A DNA stretch of 64,000 nt from Paramecium tetraurelia (Eukaryota): positions 1 through 64,000 of the forward strand of contig CT868044.1 in NCBI GenBank assembly GCA_000165425.1, written 5' to 3'. The notes under the pieces are model-generated. The model did not search any database. It was not told where the DNA came from and saw only the letters and a program-made list of their open reading frames with translations. The position numbers were made by a program, and so were the translations under genes. The first letter of the stretch is position 1, and each line of letters starts with the position of its first letter. Below, piece by piece: positions 26,875 through 41,800 of this stretch.

Positions 26875-29800
26875 TCACGCATTAGTTTATTCTACATTAT
26901 ATTTCTTAAGAAATTCTCTAGGAATTCTATCGCTTGTAGTCTAATAATTATGTAATATGATACTAATGTAGAAAATTAGTCTAAGGCTCTTTCAATTGGA
27001 GAGAATACAACGCTTGCTATTTTTAATCCAATTCCTTCTGTCATTGTACTACAAACTTCAATAGGCTTTTTGGTCAAATAGACAATTTCATCTCCCAGGG
27101 CTTTTGCCAATGGAATAGATCCTGAACACACTCCAGTCACCAATCCTTATTTAATTATTGTTGTGAACATAGTTTATATTCTAAAAATAATAATATTAAT
27201 ACCCCGATACTATGTTTGTGATGTTTTGGAAGGCTTTAAAAGAAGTGATCAAATTTTGAATCAATTAGGAATCATTTCTTAACAAATTATAGTATTAGTC
27301 AAACAAAAACTTAATGAAATCTCTATCCTTTTCAAATATTAGATTATTAATTTGAGCTCTCTTCAAAAATATTAAAAGATTATCATAAGATGCCAGTCTT
27401 ACCAACCCTTTCAATTTTCCATCCAGTTTGACACCATTTCCATCGAATGTAATGTAACAATAGATACGTTCGATATTCAGGAAGTTGACTTTCATTGATT
27501 TTTCTATATTAATACGTTATATTACTTAATTCGCTAATTCTTGAGAATGTAACTTAATAGCCTTCCTGCACACAGAACTCAATTATGGACTCTTTATCGT
27601 TTCCTACATTCAATTTACTCAGCAAATCGACCTTTGGATTCAATTATTCTGGACTATTTACAGTTTCCAACATAAATTCCAATGCTTCTCCAGAGACACA
27701 AACTCTAAATGGAGCAAATTTGGCTTCCAAATTGATCGAATTATTGGGTTTATCAATTGAGTAGAAGAATTCTGCAAAATTTGTATCCTCAAGCTAAGGT
27801 TCCTTGCCAATCAATTTAGAAAACTTGGAATTTTTGATTTCATCAGCCAATTGAAAATTCAATAATGTTAAGTAAAATTGATTGATTTCTCTTTATGATG
27901 GTCCACAACATTTTAATTTTAATTCTTTTAAGCTGAAATGAATGTAATCGCATGATTAATCATTCATTTGGGGAAACTCTTCTAAATGCAATAAATTTGA
28001 GTGTTCAAGATAATACTATTCTTGATTTTATTATGCGTATTCAGGGTTAATAGGATTGGTATCACTAAAATATTCAGGTGGAAAATGCTAGCCCACTGTT
28101 AATTTGACATCAATGCTCTTGAGAACAATTTCAAACTACTTTTTATTAGGAGTGTTTTCTATTGCAGGTAGTTCAGTATCATCATCATCAAAAATATTCA
28201 TATTCTAAGTCGGAGTGTAGAGATGACCATCTTATAAGACATAGATCTAATTCTCATTTTGCTATTCAGGAATGATCTTTTTTATCTTTTCTATTGTCAT
28301 CGATGCTATATCCCAGAGACTGATGATGGAATCTTTTTTCAGATTCCCATTTATTTACCCAACATTAATCAGGTTTCCTGAGAATGTTATTCCTTTGATT
28401 TTAAATAACTTTTAAAAACACAGAAGTCTCAAGAGTCCTTGTTCATCCTTGTCGATTTGGAATCCATCTGAGAATTTCCGATTTTCATAAAAAAGTCCAA
28501 TTTAAGGAGGGACCAATAGGATGGGATTTAAAAAGCTTAGGTTGGCATGTTTAATATCTTTGGATGTACTTTTAACATAGATTTATGCGGAACTCAAATG
28601 AGCTTATAAATCACTTGACACAGTTGCACTCTTAATTCTGATTAGTACCCTGATCCAAGAATAATACAACTGTTCAGGTTAGATTGCAATTATCGATTTA
28701 ATAGGTTCTTTTTTCATTAAATATTGCTTTAATAAGGTTGATCTTCTATAAGTTGGTAAATAGTTGAGCCATATATTTGAGACAGAGAATGTAAAATTGG
28801 GAATTGAATTTTTTTAGGGCAATTTGTTCTTTTGAGGAACCAATGTTTATTCCCACTTCTTAGCCAAATCTTGGATGTTTGTAATAGTTTCAATCCATTA
28901 TTCATCGACTTGGATGATTCCATGTTGATATTGAATATCAATTTTCTTGTTCTTATTAATTTTAATAATAAGTAAATTGGTATTTCCATTCAAAACATCT
29001 AAGCAATCTGGATTTAGGTATTGACTAGTCTTCAATTTAATGGCTGTATATTGGAAAGCCATCTCAGGTTACGATTTGATTGTTTCGTTTTGCACAAGAG
29101 TCTTGAAACCTTCTCTGTTGAAACGTTCTTATTTATAGAATAGCACTTGATTTGCTTAGTACTTTTCATTTCTGAAATGAAGTACTTAAAATGGCTGATC
29201 TGTTTTAGTATTATTAGGACTGCCATAAATGGGGATGTCTTGTTTGAGTCTTTTGCAATTCCAATTAGTGTCGATGATCAGACAATTATACAATGTGAGC
29301 ATAACTTCATCTTGGCCTTTTATTTATGCTGCGAATTTGGATGCATGTAAGATAAATCTTGCTTAATGCGGATTAGTTGATTAGTCTAAATTAATCTTAA
29401 CAATAATTTCATCAAAGAGTAATCGTACAATTTATTTGTTCTCCTATTTATTTGTATTCGATTGTCGCAATCTTTTTTGAAAATCTTTAATTAACATAAA
29501 TAGAGTCTTTACATATTCCATGTAAGAGAGATTAATAAATACTTAAAGTTTTGGAATAGCCACACGTACTTCTTTTGTATCCATCAGTTTGATAATAGGC
29601 CTAATCAAAATTTAACCTTGTTCTTATGCTCCTATTTCAGCGATTGTTTCATCATGAAATACCTACTTGATTCTATCATATTCCTTCATCAAACATTTAA
29701 TTGAATTAAAAGTAATGAAACCAGAAGAGGATTACTGTACTTAGAGATCAATGATGTCGAATGTGAAAAATGACATCTTCTATTATTAATGCATGACACT

Positions 29801-31961
29801 GCTACTGTTTGGATCATTGTTGATTATTTATTATAGGTAATAGAACTCAGCATAGTCTGATTCCTATATTTGAACATCAAATTAAATGCGATGGATTGTA
29901 ATTAAATTCAGATTCGGAATACTCTTAATCTGCTTCTTTTCATGGTTGATTTAGAAAATCTCTTTGAATTCAAGGATCTCATCGATATTTAAATTAATAT
30001 CGATCTACTTGATGGAGATCGCATGAGAATGATTGAGATGATGCATTTAAATTTACAGACCATTCCCCTGAGATATAATTTTATCATTTTAATAAATGAA
30101 TTGGTTATCTACTTTTGTGATTAATTGAGGTTATTGCTTGGCGCCTACAAGTGATGACTCCTTACAACCATCATATAATTGCAGCAAACATTTCTTTTTA
30201 TAATAGTAATTCCCTTATTCCTTGATAAATTCATTTTTCTTCTTGGTTATCTTCTCCTCAACATCACTTTAACTCAAATTATAACAAGAATGGAATATTT
30301 GGCTTTCCATAGTTTAAGTGTTATTGGAAAACCCATCATTTATACTTTAAAATATGTCTTGACCACTTTCTTCCTCTGAACTTAGATCTTCAACTATTTT
30401 ACCAGAGAAGATGTTGAAATACTCATAATGAAATAGTTAAATGATGGGAATCTCAATTTTGGTTTACTTGATTGTTGTGACCTACTATTGAGCAACTTCT
30501 TTGTTCATCAACCAATTTAGTTAATCAATTTCTAATTCGTAATAGTTAGTCTTCTTGGAACTCTCCACATTCCATTTATCTATTATGTTGTGTCTTGATA
30601 ATCGGACTCTTATTTTCTGAATCTTCAACTTAAAAATCAATTGACCCTCATCCAATTCCTCTAATCCTTGTTTATCGTCCTCATCATTAATCAATTCTTT
30701 GAAAACAGACACAGAGAACATGGATTGTTTCAAAGTGCTTTGATTTAAATCTCCAAGATTAGATTAATAAAGAATTGATTAATTAAACCCCTCAATCTGA
30801 GACTCCTCCATTTGCTCATTGCCTTCTTCCTCATTAAACTAGCTCTTCTCTAAGGCTTCTTCCAAATCATCATTAAACTCAACAGTTGCTTCGTCACTCA
30901 ATGACTTCTGATCTACATCATCCACTCTAACTTCTCCATATTTATCACAATAATCATAATAGACTTTGGATTCACACCAAGTAAATTAAAATTGTGGAGT
31001 CTCCTATTTAATGGATTCGATAATTGTTTTGTCTTGAGACTATATTAATTTATTATGCTCCAAAATACTCATAATCACCCTTATTGCTATCTAGAACTGC
31101 TTGTAATTAAAGTTCATTTGCATCAACCTTATACATAATGTACTATTGAATTTCAATCTTTCCTTTAATTCAGTCTTTAAATGAATAACGACATGTTAAT
31201 CGTATTTATTTGTGTATTGCTATTGTAAACTAAATATGCAGGATTCCCTCTGAAAATTATTGGGATCAAACAATTAGTCCGGTTCATTGATATGCACCGA
31301 ACACCCTCCAATAATCACAGTGCTGACCATTTAATCCTTCTCTTCTTATAGCTTCCTCACTCTCATACTGATTTGGTTGATAGCCAATGATAGTTTATCT
31401 TTATAAATTGGTTCGACGATATGCAAAACCAATTTATTCACTGTGAATGTTATTTTCTATAAAAACTATCTAATGATGTTCCAGGCATTCTAATTCACAT
31501 TATTGGAGGTCTCACTCTTCACCTTATAGACTTTGATTATCTCATCTTTAATCTTCTGCAGCTTATCTGCAGTCATCTTTTCCTTCGTATAAGTCTGTAC
31601 GAACAATCGATATTATTCGATGGTCTTGAAGTTCAAAGTGATCTCCACTTCCTCAATCAAACAAGTTAGTTTGTGCAAGTCCAATTTCAGTAGAGATATC
31701 GATCCGGATTCCAAAACAAAAGGTATGTTGGGAGCCATATGTGAATTCAGAGAACTCACTTTTAGGGTCAAGTTCTTCAACCCCATTTGCGTGAATTAAT
31801 CCTTCTTGATCTCTTCATTGAAGAAATTTCCCATGTATTTTTTAAAAATAGCATTCAACCAAGGAATGAGCAAATTCAAGGGATTAGTGTAATCTCTCAC
31901 TTTGTTATACTAAAAGGTAAATTTACGCGATTACCACACTTTCTTTGATATTTTTTAGCAT
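26875..31961 (-). CDS. ATG2: ATG2-like bridge-type lipid-transfer protein (Chorein-N / VPS13-ATG2 family), ~1650 aa
   Basis: N-terminus IFKKYMGNFFNEEIKKDQF..LKNLTLKVSSLN..PFVLESGSISLL is Chorein-N-like, followed by IIRQFLQKITFTVNKLVLHIVE. The C-terminal region has APFRVCVSGEALEFM (cf. ATG2 PLRLNIDQDALFFL), YITFDGNGVKL, GLVTGVCSGSIPLAKALGDEIVYLTKKPI and ...KKYN near the stop. Tiny introns near both ends. Confidence 0.7.
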
Positions 31962-32008
31962 CTTGTTCTAGTTTTTCTAAATCCGTCTAAATAATAAAAT
32001 ATTTAATA

Positions 32009-32811
<803 letters not shown>

Positions 32812-32989
32812 TTATTAATATATACAAACTAGAGTATAAATAAGTCAAACTTATTTGCATAGTTTTTAGATTTAATTTTTGCTAAATCATAAGTCTATCT
32901 ATATATATAATCAAATGGTAAAATGAAAAATCTGTTATATTTTTATTATTTATGATGTCTCTTGATTCTCAAATCCAAAAATAATTGCC

Positions 32990-33960
32990 TTTTGGACAGG
33001 GATTCTTACACAAGGGAATTCTAAGAATAGATGGGAAAGCCTCTGGGTTTGCAAGAATATCTGCCTAAAGACCACTTCGGAGGATAAAGGGAAACTAAAG
33101 ATCTTAAGATCAATCCACAAGATACCAAGGAATATAAACAACATCTGAAGTCAAATTAGGACGTGGGCACACTAATGTGGGACTCAAATATTTGCAAAAT
33201 TATAAAAAAGTGTTATCGTTTGATATCATTTGGGATGATTCTTTAATTGAAGGATAATTAAATTATTATATTTTAATTATTACATAGCTGATGACACTTG
33301 TGAAGTGAATGATTTGAGGAAATAGAAATTCCCAAGTATCCAATCCTAACGCACTATACAGGAATGACCTTGAAGAAGGAAGAATATTATTGTCCTCAAG
33401 ATTTGATATGTGGGAATTCTGTCAAAATATTTTGGAAGTAGGTGTTTCATCTATGAATGCGATGATTTTACTAAAGGTTATTTCCTTAATGTTTTGTGCA
33501 TTTAATAGAATTAAATGTCTACCTTAAATTTAGACATTCATTACTCAAACAAGAGAGGGGAAGAAAATTCTATCAGCCTGTACCTCCTTATAATTGACAT
33601 GAAGAAGATTCTTAGGATCCTTTTATTCTTTATAGCCTAAACCTCCAATGTTAGATAAAATTTGACATAAGACTGATGAGTATTACACTGAAAAAGTAAT
33701 GCAGCTGTTTAATCATTAGGACTTCTAATTAGGAGCCATCGTTCAATTCAATGTTTATAAGTTTTAATTGATCAGAAGAGACGAATTTACTATCAATTAT
33801 AAGAAATTAAAACATCTCACAAGTTATTGCGAAACTCAGACTTATTGCAAACAACTATCCTAATTTCATTAGTTTCTTACTTGTTCTTTTGTAGTATCCT
33901 TTGAACATCATCTAGGAAACTGGATAAATAATTGAAAGGCTATATTAATTTTAATGAACT
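32990..33960 (+). pseudogene. EFHC1/RIB72 (DM10-domain) pseudogene, 5'-truncated
   Basis: Fragments DRDSYTREF, LQNYKKVLSFDIIWDD, YYIADDTCEV, YYCPQDLICGNSVKI, FIYECDDFTK, FYQPVPPYN* and YSLQPKPP lie in different frames. There are deletions and an in-frame TGA at about 33595. Ends are approximate. Confidence 0.85.
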
Positions 33961-34192
33961 AGCTTATGGGTTATAGGAATTGGGATTCAACCTTACATAG
34001 CAGTAATAGTATATCCTGTTGAGAGAATTCGATACAAGAGGGGGATGGTGCATGAATTTGCTATGAGAAGGACTAGGGAAGAAACGAATGAGAGTAATTT
34101 ATGTAATTTTCAATATAATTATATATATTTTAATTGTGCTTTGAAAGTCACTAATTTAATATATTTTTTTAATATATTGATTTTTCACCTAT

Positions 34193-35901
34193 ATGAATCT
34201 GACTAGATATAATTATTTGCATAATTTGGCTTTCATCTAATAAAGAATCAAAGAGGCTAATTATATTGCTTTGGATTTTGAATTCACAGGTGTGCTTGCT
34301 TCATCTTTACTAAGAAATTCTCTCCTTGATTCTGTACACGACAATAAATTATCAAGTTTCAAATGAGATATTGGAAAGTCAAGGAAAATGTGAGACGTTT
34401 CCTGCCAATTCAAATGGGTCTATGCACTTTTAGAGAGGATGCCAATTCTAATAATGTTATTGCCCATCCATTTAATTTTTATATCTTTCCCTATGGCGTT
34501 GATGGTTATCTGGACAAGCAATTCCAATTGAGTGTAAGATTCATGAACAAATTAATAGAGCAACTCGATTTCATTTCTCACCAACAATAATTTTGATTTT
34601 AACCGGACTTTCAATGAGGGAATTCTGTATTTATCACACCAAGATGAGAAAATTCTGAGAGACACCAAAAGAATCCAAGACTTAAGAAATGAGATAAGAT
34701 ATCTGGATAAAATTGTTACATTCGAAATGATTAATTTCGTAAAACAATACAAAGTTCAAGTGGAGTAATTCCTAAAAGTCAGTAACGATCCTTAGTTTGA
34801 AATACCCATCAAAAGACTTAAGGTCAAAGTCTATCGACATTTCATCGAGAGTGTAACTCTAAATCAATTAGTTCTTTATAGATTACCAAAGAGTTTGGCA
34901 AGAGTTATGAATTCTATTGTAAATATGATTCAGATATCCTGATAAAGAGAGAAATATTGTATATAGTGAAGGGACCAGAACCACCAGAAACCAAAAAGTA
35001 AAATGTGGAAGAGGCCAATGAATTTGCAGGTGTTAGAATATTATTGGATCAAATAAGTTAGTAGAAGACTCCCATTATTTTGCACAATGGGTTGATGGAT
35101 ATTATGCATGTAATAAATAGGTGGTATATTAAAAGATTTATGACAAATTTTTTGAGACTCTCCCGGATTCAAGAGGTGAATTCATATCGAAGGTGAATTC
35201 ATTATTTCCAGTGATTTATGATACGAAATTTCTAATCAACTAAAGTTATAGTGTTTACAATAAGGTGGGATAGTTTTCTGAACTCAAGAACAGCTACATT
35301 AATTTATAAAATTTGGAACCTAATGTCGTTTTTGGTGATGAATGCCAGGAATACAATAATCTTGAAGAGAATTAAGCATTTGAACATGAGGCTGGATTTG
35401 ATTCATATATGGCTGGAAGTGTTTTTTATAAAGCCAAAAAATTGATGAATCTTGATTAAAAGAAATTAGATCTCTACTAGAACAAAGTTCCTTAAAGTTC
35501 AATTAAAATACCCTTTGATTTTGGTGATAAGACTGGAGAAGATAAATATCATAATAAATAGATTTTTATTTTTCACGTTGAGATTTTAGAAAAAAGTTTA
35601 GTTCCTGATTCCTTGATCAAAGGCTATTTCAAAGAGAAATATAATACAGACATAGATCTCTTCTTGTCGTATGGTTAAAACTTTGAGTACTTTATGGTTT
35701 TTTCGACTCTTGAGGGATCATAAGAGTTTAGAAAGACTATGAAAAATGGAGTCACAATAAGTATTTTTCATTAATAAATCTATAGTTGAAATCGGAGATC
35801 ACGAATTCATTATTACAGAATACGAAAACTACGTTTAGAAACTTTAGAGAAGGGCTAAAGATGAGTTGTCAATTAAAGAAATGCCCACAATATTAGAATG
35901 A
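34193..35901 (+). CDS. PARN: PARN-like poly(A)-specific ribonuclease (CAF1/DEDD family)
   Basis: YIALDFEFTG, FLPIQMGLCTF, PFNFYIFP, FDFNRTFNEGI, ILHNGLMDIMH, IYDTKFL, HEAGFDSYMAG. Several tiny introns. Confidence 0.92.
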
Positions 35902-35932
35902 TATATCATTATTTTTTTATTTAAAATTAACA

Positions 35933-36999
35933 ATGTAGGACTGGGAATTAACAAAGTAAAATGAAGACCAACTGTCTGCAATAGATTTTGTAAGTCATTA
36001 TGTAATTATAAGTTATTACACAAAGTCAAAGATCATTTTCAAGATATTCCTAAACAAAAAATAGAAAATTTTATAGAAAAATATTAAAAAGAACACTTAG
36101 AAAATCTCATAAGTATGAGGAAATATTATTTTTTCTGCTTATGCAAAGCCCCTCTCGATATAACTGATTTTGAAAAGTCTACAGGCATAGTTAATTTCAA
36201 TTTAATAAAAAAGTTCTATGGAAATATTTACTTTAATGATTAATCTTCAAATTTTATTATATACTAAGTTTTTAAAAATGAATTAAGTAAACAAGTTGAG
36301 GATTATTATGGTTAAGATTAGAATTCACTAAATTAATGTGAAAATTATAGTAAAAATTGGCATTATGATGAGAATTACGAGGATTTGAATAGTGGATATT
36401 TTTATGGTAAGAGATGTGGGTATGGTTGTGAGGTTACAATTGAAATTTCACAAAAATAATATTATTTATATATAGGGGAATTCTTTAATAATAAATATCA
36501 TGGTAAAGGAACTTTGAAGTAACTTCCTATGGAGAATGATGTTAATGATCAAATAATTTAAACTGATTCATTTTTTGCAGGAGAAAAAGAAAAAGAAATA
36601 TTTTATTTTTTACAACCTCATAATCCGAAACCAAATGCACCTAAAGTAATAAAAGAATATCAAAACTTTGGAAAAGGCAATTATCATGGAGAAGTGAACG
36701 CCTAGAATTAAAAACATGGATGGGGTGTATTTGAATTCGATAATAGAAATAAATACAAAGGATAATGGAAAGACGATAAAATGCATGGAACTGGACATTT
36801 TACTTGGGCAAATGGAGAAGAATACTTAGGTGAATACTACAATGATAAGAAACATGGATTTGGTCGATATATATATTAAAATAAAAAAGAATATCTCGGA
36901 TAGTTTTATGAAGGTAGATAACATGGGATGGCATTAATGAAAAATAGCGATAGTTTTAATTTATAAACTTATTGGAATAATGGATAATATTTGATATGA
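35933..36999 (+). CDS. MORN-repeat protein
   Basis: YIGEFFNNKYHGKG, YKGQWKDDKMHGTGHFTWANGEEYLGEYYNDKKHGFGRY, YLGQFYEGRQHG. One 23-nt intron near the start. Confidence 0.9.
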
Positions 37000-37042
37000 A
37001 ATTCATATTTTATAATAATTTAGTAAAGGATATAATGGAATT

Positions 37043-37945
37043 TCACAAATATGTTTTTTCTTTCATTTCAACTTTAATCCCATCGAAAATAATGATAGAT
37101 GTAGTTCTCGTGCCTCTCTTTTATCCTATTTTCGTCGTATACTCTGGGATAAAGAATTATGACTCTTCAGGAAAAGCCTTGAAAAAGAGTTCATTGCTAA
37201 CGAATCTTTCTTAAGCCAATTAAAATAGCTTTTCAAATAGGAGATCTATGTCTTGTTCACTTTCTATTATCTACTCAAATTTATTTTAAGCAATTTTTTC
37301 CTTTTCTATTTAATTCTCTCCGATGTTACTAAAACTGCAAGCGGTTCCACTTTTATTTACTTTTTTAAATGAATCTGATGTAGATGATAATACATAGTAC
37401 TCCTGGTTAATTATATTCCCCACAAATAAATTAAATCCCATATATTATTCCTTCTTTAATTATGCTTGCATTAATTTACTCTTAGTTAAATCGCTATCAT
37501 CATGACTTTTATTATCTATCTGATAGGTGCATTTGAGATGTTAACCTTAAAGTTGGAAATCGAATTGCTGAGGCAGTTCTATGCTAAATTTCTACAATAA
37601 ATCGACTATTAATTGTCCCCTTGATTTAAGTGTAGGATATAAGAATTTCATGAGGTTTGGATAGGACATCCTGATTTGGTTTCTAATTTGCGATATTTTC
37701 TAAGAAAAGGAAACAGAAAATAGGTGGTTTTTGTTAGTTAGAAATACAATCATTCCATTGGTAATATTGAATCCAAGCCATGTTCCTGATTGTAGTTTGT
37801 CTTGTCCTGCAACTATGATGTTATTTCCATCATTGAGGATGATTTTCAATTGATCAGTGGGTCTTTTAGAGTATTCTTCTCTATTGAAAAGCAATATAAA
37901 TCTGAATTTTCCTTTGGGATTAATATAATAAAGTGCAATGCACAT
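37043..37945 (-). CDS. TANGO2: TANGO2/NRDE family protein (300 aa)
   Basis: MCI start, LLFNREEYSKRPT, AGQDKLQSGTWLGFN..VFLTN, SRGQLI, YMGFNLFVG, GTRTTSII. Confidence 0.93.
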
Positions 37946-38193
37946 TAAATAATTTTTAACAATTATCAAGATAATAATTGTGCCTGATAAATGAACAATT
38001 CTAAATAGATCTTATAAATTCTTTTAGAAATTGTTTTATTCCTAATAATCTTTTTTTTTTTTACAATATTTTAAATCCCTATTCAGAATTATTAAAGAAT
38101 TTGTATATACATAGGTTTGCAAGATTCCCAAGGTCCTTATAGTAATAATATGGACATCCGATGAAAGAAGGATGATATCATTTTTATTTGATT

Positions 38194-38766
38194 TCATAAA
38201 TCATATTATTCGGTCAGGGATGGGAAATGCTAGTTTCTTTGGCAAAATGAATCCAAATAATCTTCAATAATGAACATCTCTGTATCAACACGGCATGAAA
38301 GATTTGGTAGTAAGTCTATAACTTCGTTTGTATACTCACGGTCATTTTGGGTTCGGTAGGACAATATAATCTTGTGGGATTCTGCAATGAAGAATTAAAA
38401 AAGAGTTCTCAATTACTGTCATTAGCTAGCAATGTTATTTAATGTAAGCCCAGTTCGTTTTTGTCGATCTTCATCTTGTATCCACACTTCACTATGAATC
38501 CCTTATAATCATTCAAAAAATACAGCCTCTTTACTATTTCAGAGCCATTCATCAGATGCAATAAGTCTTGATATCAAAAATAGCATACTTAATTTATTTT
38601 TATTGCAGAGCCAAATGACTATATTTTCTGTGTGTGGTACAATAGTGATGACTCCATTGAATGATATTTTTTTATCAGATACTAGAGTTACTTCTACTTC
38701 CTCAAGTCCGAAATAACAATTCGCTGAAATCACACTCAGAGCTACAATTAAAAGGAATTGATTCAT
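38194..38766 (-). CDS. Hypothetical secreted protein (~171 aa)
   Basis: Signal-like MNQFLLIVALSVISANC. Removing introns of 22 and 35 nt gives an open frame to ...PSLTEQYDL*. Confidence 0.65.
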
Positions 38767-38815
38767 AAAGATTTTAATTATATGTAAATAAATTTGATAT
38801 AGGAATTCACTTCCA

Positions 38816-41800
38816 TCATTGTTTAATTAATGGTAATTAAAGTTTTTGTGTTTCTATAGACGTGTTGATGATAGATTGTTCTAAGCCTGCTAATTGGGTT
38901 TCCTCTTGAGACGAATTGAATGGATATTTTAGAATCTAAGGCAGAATGGATGAAGATTCATCATTTCTTAAAAATTGCTATACTTAATCCTAACGATATA
39001 GATATAATTACTCTGAGTTCTTAATCAGTCAAATTATAAGTCTTAATCTCTTTGATTAATTATTGCAGATCCAATTATCCTTTATCCCTTTTCAGAACTG
39101 TGTCAGATTTTCTGATTTTTTGAATTTCCTTCCCTTAGTGATATTACTAAAACGGAGTCAATTTCGGAGCTGAGATCTGCTTCTGTATCTTATTCTTCTC
39201 TATGTACAGAGGAACTTCATCATCCGATGGCTAAAACTCAATAGACTCGCCATTATTTAAAGAAGCAATTTCTTTCTGCAAAATATCTAATGCTTTCTGC
39301 ATATTTGACAGGTGAGAGATGAGGTTTGCCCTTTATTCTCTAAGTTCGTTACAAGACTTAACTAGATTAGTGTTCTCCTTTTAAACTCTGATAATGAGAC
39401 TGGTTTTATCCTCATCTGCAGCTTTGCTAGTTCTAGTGATTGTGTTGATCTTTTTACTTAGGAAATCCCTTTGTCTAAGCATCTCTTCTCTGATGGCAGT
39501 TTCTGTGTTCTTTTCGATCTCAGCATAAATGGAATCTTCATTAACATCACCCTTATTAATCTTACCATTAATGAAATGCTATTTATGAACATTCTTTAGC
39601 ATATCTTTAAAATCAGTTATTTCAGGATCAGCCAATACTTTGAATATATCATTTTCTATTTCTTGAACTTCCCCTCTTTTAGAGAATAAGGAATCTCTCT
39701 TAATTAGATATTGATTTTTTAATTCCTTGATTTTATTAGAAGTATCTTCTATTAAATTCTCTAAATTCTTTTCAGCTTCCGCTTCGTCAGTCAATTCCTA
39801 GTACATAATCTTGACATTCTAATCTAAATCGGATAGATGTTCTTAAAGAGGTGCTTTCTGTTCCTACAAGGATTGCAAACGATATGAATTGACATTCTTA
39901 AAATTTTATAGATGACCGTTTTTATTTCTATAGTTTTTTATTTCCTTCTCCTTCTAAAAGATTTGTCTTTCTCTTTCCTTTAATTGATTTTTCTTCTCTT
40001 AATTTATTAATTTAAAATTATCTTTTTCTTTGTTAATTAAATCTTTTTAAGTTCTTGTTTCTCTTATCATATTTTCTAATTCTTGTTTCCTCAATTAATA
40101 TCTATCACACTCTTTTTTAAATTTGGTATTACTGGATCTTATTTTTTCACTTTTGTCTAACAATTCCTTTAATTTAATTAGTTTCTTCTCCTTCTATTCA
40201 TTTATCAATTATTCAAATTCTTTTTCAGTTTCTTTGAACACTTCCAAATACTTCTTCTCATCCAATTCAAATGATTCCTTGGATGATTGAAATCTTGAAA
40301 ATAAATCATTAAATTTAGTATCCTGATCATTCTTGATATTGGTTCTAATAGATTCTAAATGAGCCTTCTTCTACTCGTATTCTCTTTGATTCTCCTCATT
40401 GGTGAATTGCAACCTCTATTTGACTTCATCATTCTTCTGATACAATTGCAGGAGATCCTTTTCAGTCTTTTCTTAAATTTAGTGTGACTCTATTTGATAC
40501 TTTTTCCTCAAATCAATTAAATCGATATCCAAATTTTTGTTTCTCGTATCCTTGGCTTCCATTATTTATGATAGCTCTTCTTTGTACCTGGCAATCTAAT
40601 GCTAATATTGTTATTCTAATTCCTTCTCTTACTTTTGGTACTTCTAAGTAATATCTTACTTTTAATCCTCCTGATCACTCTTTTAATTAGAAATCCTAAA
40701 GTCTAATTCTTTGATTAGATCCTTCTTCATCTCAATGCTGTTCTTACTTACAAAGGCTAGTATGCTAAAGCTGTATAGATTGGAGACAATCAACCCTTTG
40801 GAATTAACTCTCTATCCTTTTTAAGTTTCTTGAGGTGTCATGTCCTTCCCATCGTACCACTCCTTGACCTTGCAAATCTGAATCGACCCATCTTCAGCTC
40901 CAGTGATGAGGAACTGTTGATCCGAAGACATTCTAATTTATGTTATTGGTCCCTGATGCAACTGGAATTCAAACATCTCCTGATCATCTTTGAACTACGT
41001 AAAAGGCCACAGATACAATCTCACCTTACCACAATTGGTTCCAAATGCAATCATATCCAGGAATCTGAGGATTTACACACACACATATTGGCAGGGATAA
41101 ATATCCATTTCATAATATAGGTTCTACCCCTTCTCGTTAAAGATTCTGACCTTGCTATCCGAATAGCTTCCAACGAGGAAATCATACTCAGTGTCATAAG
41201 TCTAACAAAACCCTTTGTGTAATTTGAATGAATGATCAACCAACCTGGTCTGATTGAACACCATCACCAATCCCTAACTACAAGTGGAGATGAGAGTGTT
41301 GTCACACCATTCTAATGATGCAATCGAGCCCATATGACCAGATATTGTTTGCATCAATCGATATGTGTATGGATCATAAATTAGGATCTGATTCTGAGAG
41401 CCAACAGCCAGTTGATTCCCTCCTGGAGTATACTTAACCACACTGCATTGCTTTAAGGACTCATAATAAACTTGTTTGAGTTCATCATGGAGAACAAAAT
41501 AAAACTTGAGTCCTTCTCGATATCCGATTGCACATTGAAATGCCATTGGATGCAAGGCCATGCATTAAGGGACCTCATGTAGAGTGGAGGAATAGAGACA
41601 CTTGAATTTACCTTCTTCGTAAGTGAATTCCCATACTTTGAACACTCTCTCTTCAGACAAAACACAAATGATGGGTTTAGATGGAGAGGAGTCGATGTTC
41701 AATATTTTACTTTTGTGAACTCCCTGTGGGAAGAGCTGTTCAAAGGGATCTCTAAAGGCGGAATTGATGTAATCGACAAACCCGAGATTGAAGAGGTAGA

